This document shows positions 1 to 14,150 of a stretch of DNA of 64,000 nucleotides, one piece after another; the first letter of the stretch is position 1; each line of letters starts with the position of its first letter. The DNA comes from Tubiluchus corallicola (lineage: Eukaryota; Animalia; Priapulida), in assembly GCA_030141605.1 (NCBI GenBank), contig JAQGDQ010000598.1, positions 63,769 to 127,768 of the forward strand, given 5' to 3'. The position numbers were made by a program, and so were the translations under genes. The notes under the pieces are model-generated. The model made no database searches. It was not told where the DNA came from and saw only the letters and a program-made list of their open reading frames with translations.

Positions 1-1269
1 TATATTTAGTTCGCCATCTGGTGGAACGGTTTAGAGTTTCTGTGATGGAAAATGGTCAGTATTGCTTAGCTCAAAGTTTCAAAGTTTTTTCAAGTCCGGT
101 TGGATTTGAGTTATGCGGAGTCCACTGTCTTCCCAGCTAAATAGCTTTGCTGGTTCATCAAACGTGGCGTTTTTTCAACATTTGTCAGATCTCATGTAAA
201 AATAACATTTTGCTATCAAACAGCTACTGTAACATGTGTAAAAACGTCGTGAAAACTCACTAAGCTGCTGGTTTACTCTGCATATGTCTTCTTATTCATA
301 GTTAGTTATATATGTATTTCAAACAGCACAGCCTAAATCTAAAAGTGGAGTAAAATTGAACGAAAACTCTGTCCCATAAGGATTTGAAATCAGTAAGCAT
401 GTAATGGCTTTTTTGCAGTTAGTAAAAAATGTCTCATTGAAGGTTTCCCTGCTTGCTTGTCATCTTAAGGAGGGCAAAGAAAGGTTGCAATGGTATCTGT
501 AAATTTTGTTTATTATCAGAAATAACTTGCTATTTATTGTGATAATTAAAAATGTTTTTGTTTTGAATTTATTTGTTGCTGCTGGCACACTTTCAACTGT
601 TGTTAAGATTCTGATGCGAATTGTTAAAGCATTGATTTACTCAAAATATTTCTGCTTTTCAGTCACTTCCGAATTGAGAAACTCATGTAAATCAATTAAT
701 TTGATTTATATCGTACAAAAAATAAAGAAAAATGAATTAATCAGGAGTTGGGCGGCCGTAATGACACACGTGTAATTTTAGTTGGGTCACCTTGACATGA
801 ATGAGTTCTGACTTGAATACATATCGACTTGGTAACAGAACTATTGGTAATAATTAACTTTGGACAGGTTTGTTTAAATGAATCGCCTTAAACTCATCTC
901 TATCTGATACCAAATGTGAAAGAAAATTCAATCACATTACTGTACATGATTGTCAAAAGTCAGTCATGCCACAGTGCTGAAGTTTTATATAAAGGCACTA
1001 ATGCAGTAACTACTTTTGGTGTGTTAGGCTGATAGTCTCAGTTTTAACTGTAATGATAGACCTTGTGCCTTGTGGCACTGTTTGTACCACACAGGTCGCC
1101 TGGCAATGAACAGTAGATGTCATTGATGATTTTAATGCCAGGTGCAACAGTGGAGCATCGGCCACAGGTTGTTTATTTAATAAATTTTCAAGTTTTTGGC
1201 CTCAAGCATCTGGTAAAGAGTTCCACAGATAAGCAGTCTGATGAAAAAACTAGAATGGGGACACTCGTG

Positions 1270-1565
1270 CAGAACTTTGTGCACACTGGACACACACTCA
1301 TTAATACATCATAGTGTCCTCCGCTGGAGTGTGTGTGGGGGGGACAGACTGACTAGTTTCACTGCCTTCACAGTATCAAAAAACTTCGTGCACACTGAAC
1401 ATTCATTAATTCATCATAGGGTCCCCCACTCGAGCGTGTGTGTGTGTGGGGGGGGGGGGACAGACTGAATAGTTTCACTGCCTTCACAGTATCAAGAAAG
1501 TTCAGGCACACTGGACACTCACTAATTCATGATAGCACCTTCTGCTTAAGTGTGTGCGCGGGGGC
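1270..1565. repeat. Imperfect tandem repeat, ~110-116 bp unit, ~2.5 copies
   Basis: CACACTG(G/A)ACA...ATTAAT..ATCATAG...GTGTGTGTGGGGGGGACAGACTGA.TAGTTTCACTGCCTTCACAGTATCAA recurs at ~1273, ~1382 and partially at ~1498. Confidence 0.8.
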
Positions 1566-3136
1566 GGTTTTGGCATTGGGACAATTTGAACAAATCTCTC
1601 TAATTGGCTTAAAACTGGCCCTGGAAAAATCACACTACTTTGTTTAATGAGCCTGACTTGGCCACAAAAACTGAAGCCAATTTAGCATCAGTGTCTTCAA
1701 TGGTGACTGACAGTTCACACATACAGTATTAACATGGAAATGGTATCAAGTCAGCTGTACAAAAGTGTTGCATAACCGGACTGAGAACAAAGTGCTTTTT
1801 GGTATTAATAACTGTTCAGAAAAAACTGTAAAGGAGTTGATTTTATACAGACAATAATAATATAAAGTTCGAATCACTAAAAAATCTTGTACTAATAAGT
1901 TTGTAGTTGAAATAAGAAAATATAATGCACTAATGCTAGTACACCACAAACAGTTAAGAGATTTTTCATACGACATGTCTTCAACGTTGCATTTCTGAAA
2001 ACTGACATTGATAGATTGACAAAGCTCTATATATTGATCGGCACAGCACAATATTGAATAAAGGAAGTGTGCCGTCACAATTGCGAAGAAAAATGCATGT
2101 ACGGTCTGCAACCATTTTTATTTTTTGCAATAAGCTGAGTGACAATTAAACTTACCAATAATTTTTAATCGTTCTTGTTACTTTTCAGTATTCTACTATC
2201 AGAGATCTAGCGCCCGACAACAGAATTTAATTAATTTCATGCTTGTGGCAGGACAAGTGAACAATTCATCATAGATCGAGTCCTCGGCTCGAGCGTGTGT
2301 ACAGGGCCCCCTCTCTTGGTGCTGAGTCCAGTTTGCAGAAATCTGTCAGATTAGCTTAACCATACTATAATCTAGAATTGTTCTCCACTGTGTTATTTTA
2401 AACTATAATGAACTAATAGTTAAACACGGACATGTGAACAAACCTTATAATCTCAAACAACTTAATCTAAACTTCTTGACATACTAACAGCTATAATGAA
2501 TAAATGATGCACAGGATTAATTATATGAATCAACGCGTTTATTATGAGTAGACTAGCGTTTTGGTGTCATTCTCAATAGAACTCATGAAAAAATAGTGCA
2601 TATATATAGTTTATTTTGCAAAACGGGTAAATATGACACTTTACTCAATTGCTATATCAAAATTAGTTCATCTGTACAATATTTAATATCAATTATATTG
2701 ATTAGTAATTAACATTTATAACTAGTGTCTGTGCACAAAAAGTCAAATAATACAACATTTAGTTGATTAACAGACTTAGCAGCATCTGTTTTTCTTTATC
2801 ATCACAAAAGCCACGTTGTGAAAGTTGTAACTGTATATTTAGGTGCTGCCATCTATTGATTCGTTACTTTAACATTCACCCCTTAATACAATTGTTTGGT
2901 CCAGTGAATATTCAAACTCACTGTATCTCCCCTATTTTACTGTAATGGGATATGTGAAGCCAAGTTCTTGCATACTTCTCTACATATATAAACTGGCTGG
3001 ATTTCACTTCTAGTCACTCACTGTCTCTCTTTCTCAGGCAGTGCAGTCGTGTAACTCATGGGACACACTGTCTCTCTGTCACACACTCAGTGCTGTGCAA
3101 CTTATTATCTTCATTTTACGTATTGTCCAGTCACAA

Positions 3137-3774
3137 TTAAAGGACAAGAAAAGGGGTCCCTGAAGTAGGTTTCAGAAAAATCGCCTTAAAAAATTATATT
3201 ACTTTACAGCAATTTTATGCGCATATCGTATTCGTGTTGAAAGGAATTTTCGTTTGTTTTCATTTTAAATCTCCCGCAATGCTGTTCCGACGACGCCATT
3301 ACATGACGTCACTACGCAAGCGTAAATCGGGGGAAGAAAAGGCAATGTTAAATTATGTCCCAAAAAACTTTCCATGCAAATCTATATTACCTAGCTTTTA
3401 GCTTACCTACTGGAAAGACTTCTGTAACTAGGAAAAAGAATTAGTTATTTAAAATGTTTTCAGCGATTGGTAAAATGTTGCTGACTCACCTTCCAGGGTG
3501 CACCACTTACTAACCAAAAACGTATTCTTGTTTTTAGTGACAAGAAACAGTAATTTAAAATTTTACTCAGTAACGTGTACGCTACGAATGCTCTGATTAT
3601 TTTTTCAAACTTTACACACTGTTATCTAAACTTGTTTCAAATGACCTGTCATCTAGGGAGTTTAAATTTACATGTTTTATGCAGCGTGACTGCCGATTTT
3701 CGTATAGTAAATATGAAATTTTCGAGACGATTTTTTTTAAATTTATGTTTATGAAGGAATTTCCTGTGCTTTAA
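3137..3774 (+). mobile_element. TTAA-flanked non-autonomous DNA transposon, Kolobok-like family A
   Basis: TTAA|AGGACAAGAAAA ... TTCCTGTGCT|TTAA: short imperfect TIRs with AG termini and TTAA on both sides, no ORF. Collinear with 21752-22355. Confidence 0.75.
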
Positions 3775-4330
3775 ATGTGGCAAACCACAAGGACTTGGCG
3801 GGCACATGAAAAATGTACAATACAAGCAAATGTAACTCGGCAGAGGTGCAGACTTCAACCTATGCCCTAACATGAAAACATCACAGTCAAAAATTCATTT
3901 TGCCATTTTCAACCTTGACCTTTGACTTTTTGATCAATTCTTAGGTTGACTAATATTATTGAAAAAATTAGTCACTAATGAACCCGAAAACAATAGTTTT
4001 TCAAGACCTGCCTTCATGCACAAATCATAGTTTCATCCTGACTATGGGCAAAAATTCATTTTAATATATTTTGACACCGTGACATTGACCTTTGACCTTT
4101 CAGTGGTCGTTTATAGTCGGGTTTATGTGTGTCTAGCCAAACAATAAATCAAAACGGATGAAGTTTTTAATCAGCAACAAAGGGATGTCTGGCCAAGACC
4201 TGAAAATTCTTTGCTTTTTGTTTTAAATGAAAAAATAGATGGAGCTGAAAAACCGTGTGTCTTAACCAAATTTGACACGTGGAAAAAACTTGGTCATTGT
4301 TTTTGTTCAAAAGGTCGAAAGTACACTTTG

Positions 4331-4545
4331 TATAAGTACCACATAACGAACAGGTGCAAGGTATTACATAACAAGCAGTTGTGTAGACTGCTTGAATATA
4401 AGCACTATGCAAATACATGAAATTAATGTAATGACCTTGTAGAAACTAGGTTAATAGTGTTTCTTGGTTTCTAATAGCCCAAATTAGGTTCATTCACAAT
4501 AGAGATGGGCGGGAGGCGGGACAGAACTATCAGCCTGGGGCGTCA
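4331..4545 (+). repeat. Unclassified dispersed repeat family D (also 26485-26691 -, 31038-31160 +, 33459-33580 +)
   Basis: Shared TAAGT(A/G)CCACATAACGAACA(G/A)GTGCAAGGT..TAC.CAACAAGCAGTTGTG in four places, one inverted, all with the same sharp left boundary. Confidence 0.75.
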
Positions 4546-5616
4546 TAAAGTCTTGTTACGCCCCCCCTGAGGACGAGTGTGGAATTTAAAGTGAAAACCC
4601 TGTATCAGTAGCCTCGTGTTGCACCACTTGGCCACTGCATACTAATTGATACTGAAAGAATTTAGCAAATCTTATTGAGGCAAAGATCACCGAAAAGTCA
4701 TCGTGCTAAAAATGGATAGAATAGCAAGATTTAAGGCTCGATCAGCAAAGTTTTTGTACGATGCGGTGATTCTCACAAGAAAACACACGAAGATCAAATC
4801 AGCACGAGTGTCGCGGATTATAAATGGTTTTGCTCATTTGCAAAAAAGTACTTAAAGGTAAAGAAAGTGAGGTCACGTGGTAAAACGTCACTGGTTTACT
4901 ATCCCAGTGTGCACTAAAAAACGTCGACGACTCACTAAAGATGCATTGTTGATTTTACTGATAAGATAAAGTATTTTAAACTTTTGTTTAACTAGTAAGT
5001 GAATGCTCCGATTATTTTCTTTACATTAGACAATTGTTTTGTCCAGTTTGTCAGTCTGCATGTTGCAACCCACAACATAAATAAAAATGATGAACACTTT
5101 GGTACAGGTTGATTTCCTTTATTACTGTGCTAAAAAAAGTGAAGGCGGTGTAGAGGGGGGTGGGTTTCAACATAAACAGCAGTCTGAAATAACAATAGTA
5201 AAAAGCAACATTTAGAATTTAATAATTTACCTAGGTTTAACACACTACAACAAAAATTAAATTTAAAGCGCTAACATCAGTTTAGGTAAATCAAAAAACC
5301 ACAAAATATAATTTGAAGCAAACATACCTTAACAAACTACGTTATGAAATTTGAAATCTGAACTTTACCAGCAGAGTATGAAACCTGAACTACTACTGCC
5401 CAACATACAATAGCCAGGACTCCTGTTACACCTCATTAATTTTAGTTGAAGCCCAGTAAATGGTATGTAAATAGATAGCAGAGTAAACAGCTTAAGAAAT
5501 AGGTAAATGATTTTTACAGGCAAATAACCAAAAGATGGCAGCACCTCCCTAAGATACTACAGATACTACCACTTTCTGCTAAATCTAATTATGATAAATA
5601 GTTCATAATCAACATA

Positions 5617-6253
<637 letters not shown>

Positions 6254-6626
6254 TATTGTATGTTTACTACTAACAGTACTGAAATGTGCTTTTCACTAGA
6301 TTTTTTCATGTCATATCAAGAGACAGTCTTCAATTTTGATTAAAAGTTTTTTGACATTTAAGTAGTAAAAATTATACAGAAGAAATTTACTTTGTTTATC
6401 ATTTACAGATTTGAACCCAGGTCTTTCAGATAAGAATTGAACTTTTAACTTCTACTTCCGTTACCTGCACAAGGTTTAAAAATCTATCAAACGTGAGTTT
6501 GCTTCCACATTAAAATTACTGGCCTAATTGATCATCATTATTTCAGAAACTTTTTATCCTTAATTAACTCGTAATCTAGAGCAAACCCATTTCACTCTAG
6601 TATGATGTCAAAGGGATGTAAAAGAC

Positions 6627-7030
6627 ATCATTCATTCACTCGTTCGTTCGTTCATTCATTCATTCATTAATTCATTCACTCAATCATGCATTCATTCATT
6701 CATTCATTCATTCGTGCGTTTATTTATTCATTCTTTCAATCGTTCATTCATTCGTTTATTCATTCGACTGTTCGTTCGTTTATTCAATCTTTCGTTCGTT
6801 CATTCATTCGTTTATTTATTCGTTTATTCATTTATTCATTCGATTGCACGAATGTTCGTTTGCTCGTACAGTTTTCCATTCATTTAGGCATTCATTCATT
6901 CGTTCGTTCATTCTGTTTGTCTGTGTATCTGTCTGTCTCTCTGTCTGTCTGTCTGTCTGCCTGTCTGCTTGCCTGTCTGTCTGTGTCTGTCTATCTGCCT
7001 GCCTGCCTGTCTATCTATCTGTCTGTCTGG
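6627..7030. repeat. Degenerate (TTCA/TTCG)n followed by (TCTG/CCTG)n tetranucleotide microsatellite
   Basis: Seen directly. Confidence 0.93.
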
Positions 7031-7279
7031 TATTTGGCTTACTATTTTACTGACATGTCCTTTGGGTAACTAGACAATTTCAAATTAAAATTCACTAGTC
7101 ACTTCTTCGTCGAAAATTCTGTTTTTCCACTTGGCTTGTGATGTTTACTTTTCTCTAAGAAATGTTGCATCCTCCTTGGAGACCACACTGATCAATCTGA
7201 TGAGGATGCAGACTTAGAGGGATGTAAACGTGCAGCGTGTACTGATTGACCAGCATCCAGTGCCAAACACTGCAGCTCT

Positions 7280-7760
7280 GCTTTTATAAGGTGTCTAATA
7301 TTTCCAGTAAAATCGCCTCTCGCTCAGAGAAGCCAAGTTAACTACTATAAAATCAATAGAGCCGACTCGTAAGCACACGCGTCGTGGCTGGACGGTTTGA
7401 AGCCCGGTGACAGCTCAGTGCCTTGCCGGCTTCCCTAGTTGCGAGTGACACTGTCTCACAGCGTGGAGAATTTAATTCGTGTAACAATAACCAGGCCTAG
7501 CTAGGAAGTAAAACACACTAGCTTCGTTCGTGTGTGGAAAGTGACGTGTTGTGTGAAATTGTTTGTTTTAAACACATTAATTGGCTTTTATTAGCGTTAA
7601 TTTGCAAATAGATGATTTGAGCATTGTTGAAACTGCCTGATAAAAATTTCGCATAAAAGTTTTTTTGACATTGTAACTACTACATTCTTATGGTCAGTGC
7701 CGTGTGCCCAACTTACAATAACGTCTGAAACGTTCCTAAACATGTTTTCGTGTCCCTAAG
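7280..7760 (+). promoter_or_regulatory. Putative promoter/5' region of the CNRIP1-like gene
   Basis: Unique, locally more GC/CpG-rich sequence upstream of the exon, with TATA-like TTTATAAG (~7283) and CTATAAAA (~7345) and a possible acceptor TTTTCGTGTCCCTAAG|G at 7760. Inferred from position only. Confidence 0.3.
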
Positions 7761-7969
7761 GTTCCGTGAGAGTGGACAGCGGATCTGGAAAGGCGATGAT
7801 GGTGCAATTGTAAAACGAGTTCATGTGTTTCTGGCCGAGTCAGAAAGACAGGGTTCGTCGCTTGCTCAAGCCTCGAGTAACAGGTTTACCAACTAAGCTC
7901 ATCAGTTGATGAGAGAGAAAGAGAGAAGCAGGCAGTTGTCTTTGACGACGTTAGGAGTAAAACGAGCTC

Positions 7970-8190
7970 ATGATTCGATACCGGCCTAGAACAACCGATC
8001 CTCTCCACCTATCTATGCGCCATCCTCCGGCGAATTTCACCGCCACCGTCTCATTCCGGCTGGTGCCCGAGTCCACCACTGCCTTTTTCAAAATAGATGG
8101 TCAGCGGTTCGAAAATGAACGAACTGTAAAGTTTCACGCTCAAAGCAAGTATACGGTGGAGTTGACGTTCAAACCAAGTCAGATATTAGA
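7970..8190 (+). CDS. CNRIP1: First coding exon of a CNRIP1/CRIP1 (CB1 cannabinoid receptor-interacting protein 1) homologue; partial gene
   Basis: From Met at 8015 the translation MRHPPANFTATVSFRLVPESTTAFFKIDGQRFENERTVKFHAQSKYTVELTFKPS aligns without gaps to the human CRIP1a N-terminus as I recall it ([55 protein letters not shown]), about 21/55 identities by eye including the K.DGQRF..RT.K motif. The ORF ends at a consensus donor GA|GTAAGT (8191), phase 2 within a Glu codon. An upstream in-frame ATG lies at 7970. Confidence 0.9.
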
Positions 8191-9252
8191 GTAAGTACCT
8201 GCGTCTTATTGTATTGCTACTGTTTGTGTTTGTTGATCAGGTTATGAAAACTACATTTCCATCAGCAAACACCAACTTGTGTTTATTAATTTTTCCTATT
8301 GGTGAGTAACTGCCATGGCGAAGAGTTGCAGTACAAAGTCTGACATTATTGTTGCAAATTACAAGCCTAAACAAAAAACTACATGAATAAGTAAACACGT
8401 GACAACAGCCAGGTCTGTGCTGTTATAGTCCTGGGAAAGAACAGATAGTTCTCAACTCTGTCTTAACTTTATTTAAATGTGTAATTTGAAAAGTATATTT
8501 CAAACCTGTATTGCAACACGGCACCAAGGTGGCTGGCTCACCACTGATTGTAGCTAATAATCACAAACTAGAATGTGTTGACATAGATTATTGCAAGCAA
8601 AACTCAATTTAAACCATATAACGCAACCCAGCAAACATACTTGCCGGCATTTTATTTGCAAAATCAATAAGAAGGATCTTTGCATTTAGCTGTACATCAC
8701 TGTCATGTAGCGACCGTGTAAGGCGAAGAAAGATCGCGTGTTTTGAAAATGTTAGGCAAGTTTGACGATCTTGCAACTCCACAGATCACATATTGGCAAG
8801 GCAATGTTTAGTTTTTTTTTGCTGGATTACTGCTGTGTTTAGTTTAAACATAATTTATTATAGGATTGGATCAGACAGTTTGAGCAACATGATTTAGGAT
8901 CCTCACCACAACAGACTTTATACACTATTTACAAAAACATTTACAGTAAGAAAGGACTATAACTACATCAGGTGACAAGTTTTACTACAAGATTACATTT
9001 GACATTAGTAGAAAATGACGGTTAGAAAATATTAATGTACGAATATGTAAGACTGATGCATTTCATATCAGATAGAAACAACTGGAAGCGTTTACTGCTG
9101 TGTTTATCTGTCCTGAGAGCGGACTTTGTTAGAATTCTGCTCCCAGTGTCTACCGTTGATCACATACTGGCAAGGCAGGGTCTAGTTTTTTTCTTGTTGG
9201 ATTACTGCTGTGTTTATCTGTCTTGAGAGCGAGCGGTCTTTGTGTTAGAATT

Positions 9253-9769
9253 CATGTATTGTCTTCATTTCATGTATCAATTCACTACTTCCACCAGCTT
9301 TTCAGTCATACTTTAGTCCAGGTTAAAGTCAACATGATCATTACACAAGATATTCAGTCGGAAACTATGTACTCCCTCTTTCAAAAACAAATATAATGAA
9401 ACAGTCATCAAAATATAATGCTGTTAAAATATGGTCATCAATTCCGCGTGAAATGAAAACTCTTAATCTTTATCAATTTAAAAAAGCATCAAAGAATTAC
9501 CTACTACAACGGTATAATTAACCCACAATTTTACTCATCCTGATCTTAAGTTACTAACAAAACTTATTTTGTTGTAATGTACGTTATAACTGATGAAAAT
9601 GCTATGTAATTTAATTGTCAATTGTTCCACTTATCTGGAGGAGGACTCGAAAGCTCAATGCTCCTTCCCCCTCCTCACAGTAACTCGTTTAGTTTATAAT
9701 TTTTTTTCAATGTAATATCAATTTGTATGTATGTTTGTGTTGCTGTGGAAAAAATTCATAATTCAATTC
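9253..9769 (+). mobile_element. 5'-truncated LINE 3' end (CR1/L2/Crack group)
   Basis: Frame ~9290-9520 reads LPPAFQSYFSPG*SQHDHYTRYSVGNYVLPLSKTNIMKQSSKYNAVKIWSSIPREMKTLNLYQFKKASKNYLLQRYN*, matching the H.Y.TR...KIW..LP...FK ORF2 C-terminal pattern. A 3'UTR stem-loop (9637-9674) and an (AATTC)-like tail follow. Confidence 0.75.
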
Positions 9770-10233
9770 TGCTGCCCAGTCTCTACAGTAGATGTAACAG
9801 ACGTAATATGATGATGATGGTATCAATTATAATATTATTATAATCAGAATTTCATAGTCTGTAAATTATAGCTGAGTTTATGGGCCTAATTGTTAAACAA
9901 ATGTGTAATGCATACGCTCAAACCAAAGTTGCGTTCCCATATCTATGTTAGTTTATTCTGCAAAAAATACAAATTTTCTGTAATCTACAATTACTACTTC
10001 TACAAAACTATTGAAATAAGTGCTAGAAAATAAGTGCTACACATTACTACGTTACACTAAAAAGTTAAAATGCATACATACATTGTTGGTCCAATATTGA
10101 GTCGAGAAGAAGCCAGAATGTCAGTAAAAGGTAGCAGTAGCAGCATAATTACAAGTCAAATTTTAAAGGTAACAGAGACGTTTGTACATAACAAGTTCCA
10201 CCTATAGTCCTATACAATATCAGAGTAGAAAAA

Positions 10234-10719
10234 GTAGTCTAGCTTGTTGAACTACAGTCTAATATATTGTGGCTTCTAATGCATATACTACCTTTTGAAT
10301 TGGTAGTCTAGCTTGTTGAACTACAGTCTAATATATTGTGGCTTCTAATGCATATACTACCTTGGGAAGGGGTAGTCTAGCTTATTGAACTACAGTCTAA
10401 TATATTGTGGCTTCTAATGCATATACTACCTTGGGAAGGGGTAGTCTAGCTTGCTGAACTACAGTCTAATATATTGTGGCTTCTAATGCATATACTACCT
10501 TGGGAAGGGGTAGTCTAGCTTGCTGAACTACAGTCTAATATATTGTGGCTTCTAATGCATATACTACCTAGGGAAGGGGTACTCTAGCTTGCTGAACTAC
10601 AGTCTAATATATTGTGGCTTCTAATGCATATACTACCTTGGGAAGGGGTAGTCTAGCTTGCTGAACTACAGTCTAATATATTGTGGCTTCTAATGCATAT
10701 ACTACCTTGGGAAGGGGTA
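10234..10719. repeat. Minisatellite, 69-bp unit x7
   Basis: GTAGTCTAGCTTG(T/C)TGAACTACAGTCTAATATATTGTGGCTTCTAATGCATATACTACCTTGGGAAGGG at 10234, 10303, 10372, 10441 and onward. Confidence 0.97.
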
Positions 10720-11359
10720 TTGGACCAAAACATTTGTACCTGGAACAAAATGTCATGTGGCATTACGTCTTAATGACTAAACACGATCGAGGCCATGCGC
10801 CAATTTCATAAGAAGTGAAAGAATTTTGAGAAAGTTTAAAGGTATGCTGTCCTGAATAATATTTTAGTAAATATAAATACAAACAAGTAAACAGTGTATT
10901 TTAATTTTCATATCCGACGTCGTTATTTGCGTCTCTACTTTATGAAAACTTTTCTTACCATGGAAAATAATGATATTACCCATCATAATGTATGTAGGTT
11001 TAATTACCCTATATAAGAAAGTGTTTTATAGATGAAAATTGTACACAAAAAAGGACATTCACTGTTAACGGCTATAGGGCTACAACAGAAAATTGAAAAA
11101 GTAAATTTATACAAGTCCAGCAAAATGCAATTAACGCTACTGGTTTGCTAATGAGATGTTATATTTATTATTTATGTTTCGCTCAGCTGCCTGAAAATGA
11201 ATGTATTTGTAGATTGTAATGATTACTGTTACATTACGAGATGTTATCCCAGTTAATTTACTAAACATTGTTACTTTTTGCTACAGCCTTACAAATATCA
11301 GAGTATTCATTTTGCTACCACTAATTCTATTTTTATTCTACATGCAAAATAAGTTGATT

Positions 11360-11560
11360 TTAAGTACAGATTTTCCCGGGCCTCTTATCTGCGGAATTCA
11401 CTACCGCTGTTTTTGAAGCAGGCGAGGTTGCACTTATCGGGGAATTATTTTCGAGTAGTGAATTCCATAGATAAGAGGTCCGAAAAAATCTGTATCTAAA
11501 AACAGCTGTTTTGCATGTAATGGTTCTAAAATAAAGCAGAATACTCTGATAATCATAAGC
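11360..11560 (-). mobile_element. Decayed LINE ORF2 C-terminal fragment
   Basis: The minus-strand ORF contains FRTITCKTAVFRYRFFRTSYLWNSL, resembling the C.T..F..SFF.RT..LWNSL motif of LINE ORF2 ends. Confidence 0.45.
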
Positions 11561-11744
11561 TTGTAGAAAACCTAGCAATGTTTAATATTTCTATTGTTAT
11601 TATTCTTTATTCTTAAAAACTATGTACAGAGTACATTCCCTTTGTTTGTAGGAATGTGTTTAAAATTCCTAAAAGCATTTACAAAGTATTAAACATATTC
11701 TAATATATATTCTAACGCATGAGACACATTGAACGACAACGATC

Positions 11745-12007
11745 ATATACTATAGACATGGTTACAAATTATAATCCAACACTATATGCATGCGTAATAA
11801 AAGATAATGAACATATTTTAATACTTAGTAACAAAAATTTACACACATAATACACTGAAAAACAGCGAGTACAATTATAATAAACATAATTACCAATTCT
11901 AATGTAAATTCACATAATCATAAATAAAAACAAAACAGCATATAGAAAACACGACGAGAGTTGTAAAATTTCATCATCAACAGACGGCTTATATACGGGC
12001 GAAAGAC
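11745..12007 (+). repeat. Dispersed repeat, direct copy at ~25650-25892
   Basis: Near-identical GAAAAACAGCGAGTACAATTATAATAAACATAATTACCAATTCTAATG...TATACGGGCGAAAGAC in both places. Confidence 0.85.
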
Positions 12008-12204
12008 GATAGAAATTCATCCGAGATAAGATTTGCAAAAGCATTTATAGTATTTTTTCCCGGCTATTGAAAACATAGTCCGAATCTCAGGTAGGCAGAG
12101 TGCTAATAAAATCATTTCTTTTGGCTTGGTTTACTAACGTACATTCAAATAATAAATGATGTAATGTATAATGTTTAGTAAGTCAACTTGTATAACATTT
12201 TACA

Positions 12205-12600
12205 ATTTAGATTTAGATTTAATATTTTATTTCAGACTTCACAAAGTTCATATACACATCACAAATTAATACAAATAATACAATAAATCATGAAACATAA
12301 CAATAACACAAATAACAATTAACGATATAACAAACTACGCCAATGACATCTAATTACAGAAGTAAAGTTTGCATCACTGTTTAAAATGTTCTTGCATATA
12401 AAATTTTCACTGTTATTTAGCCTGACGTGTAAACTGTATGCACATTTTCTGTGAATCACATCAAAATAAATAATATTAAGTCTAGTAGAAATATATCTAG
12501 CGCTCGTATCATACGAAATGTTAAACAGCTTCCGTGTTGATACATTATATGCAACCTTGAGTTTGCTAAGATTGTAAGAATAAAAATGTCTCCAAGTAAC
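12205..12600 (-). mobile_element. 5'-truncated LINE 3' end (tentatively RTEX-type)
   Basis: Start-less frame 12600->12319, absent from the ORF track: VTWRHFYSYNLSKLKVAYNVSTRKLFNISYDTSARYISTRLNIIYFDVIHRKCAYSLHVRLNNSENFICKNILNSDANFTSVIRCHWRSLLYR*. It is followed by AATAAA and an (AATCTA)n tail. Clade assigned from the remembered LKVAYN..R.L....TSA motif. Confidence 0.7.
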
Positions 12601-13016
12601 AATGTAACAATAATTTTTATTCAGTAACTGAGCTACTGGGACCAGCTGCGTAACATCAACCCAACAAACTAAATCGCCTATGCTTTTATGATCAGAACGC
12701 TATGTCTATGACGCCCTTTTTAATTTGCTGATTATAATGGATTGCGGCAAGTGACGAGAGCTTACACAATGCTGGCTATTATTGATTTACACATTTATAC
12801 TACGGGAGAGGTCTGCGTAACAGTGGTTACAACGGGGCCGTACACTATTATGATTATTTACTCTGTGGATTGGCTGTTATGGAGTCATAGATATCGTTTC
12901 GGCGTTGCTTTGACAACCCTTTTGTACTCGACTAGCACATCAAATGCATTTTAAATTGGATTAGTTTATTATGCATTAATAGGAAAGCGTTATCACAGCG
13001 CACGTCGCTATGAATG

Positions 13017-13428
<412 letters not shown>

Positions 13429-13799
13429 TAGTTTGATAAACTATCAAATCTGTCTTAGATAATCAAATCTTTCTTAGATAGTAATAATAGTGAACAATAG
13501 TTATATGGTTCCTGAACTTAAGTCTGGTTTACACTACGGCAACTAAGATGCGATTTGTCAACACAGACGAGGACAACACAGCAGTTTCCACTGCAGTTTA
13601 AGTGTATGATCCTGATTCCTTGAATCAGTTGTTGTCATTAACGGAAGTGTAAAGATCTCATTGACATTTCGATCCATTCATAAAAAATACATTGCGTAGA
13701 TTGTAGACCAAAGATAAGATGGGCGTCACAGATCTTTGATCAACCACAACAAAATGCAGCGTAAAAATGATGAATTCGTTATAATAATAGAACAGCGAG

Positions 13800-13870
13800 A
13801 ACGATAATGACAACCACAGCAACAATAGCAACAACAACAACAAGAACAACAACCACAACAACAACAACAG

Positions 13871-13935
<65 letters not shown>

Positions 13936-13970
13936 GTAATAATAATATCAGCTGCAACAATTACAACAAT

Positions 13971-14018
<48 letters not shown>

Positions 14019-14036
14019 GACAACAATAACAACAAC

Positions 14037-14092
<56 letters not shown>

Positions 14093-14150
14093 CAACAACA
14101 ACAACAACAACAACAATAGTAACAATAACAATAACAATAACAATGACAAT
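13800..14150. repeat. Compound (AAC)n/(AAT)n microsatellite
   Basis: Seen directly. Confidence 0.97.

Noticed and set aside
7197-7230. CTGATGA motif as a hammerhead core (also 40756, 55076)
   Set aside because: No stem II followed by GAAA and no matching stems I and III.
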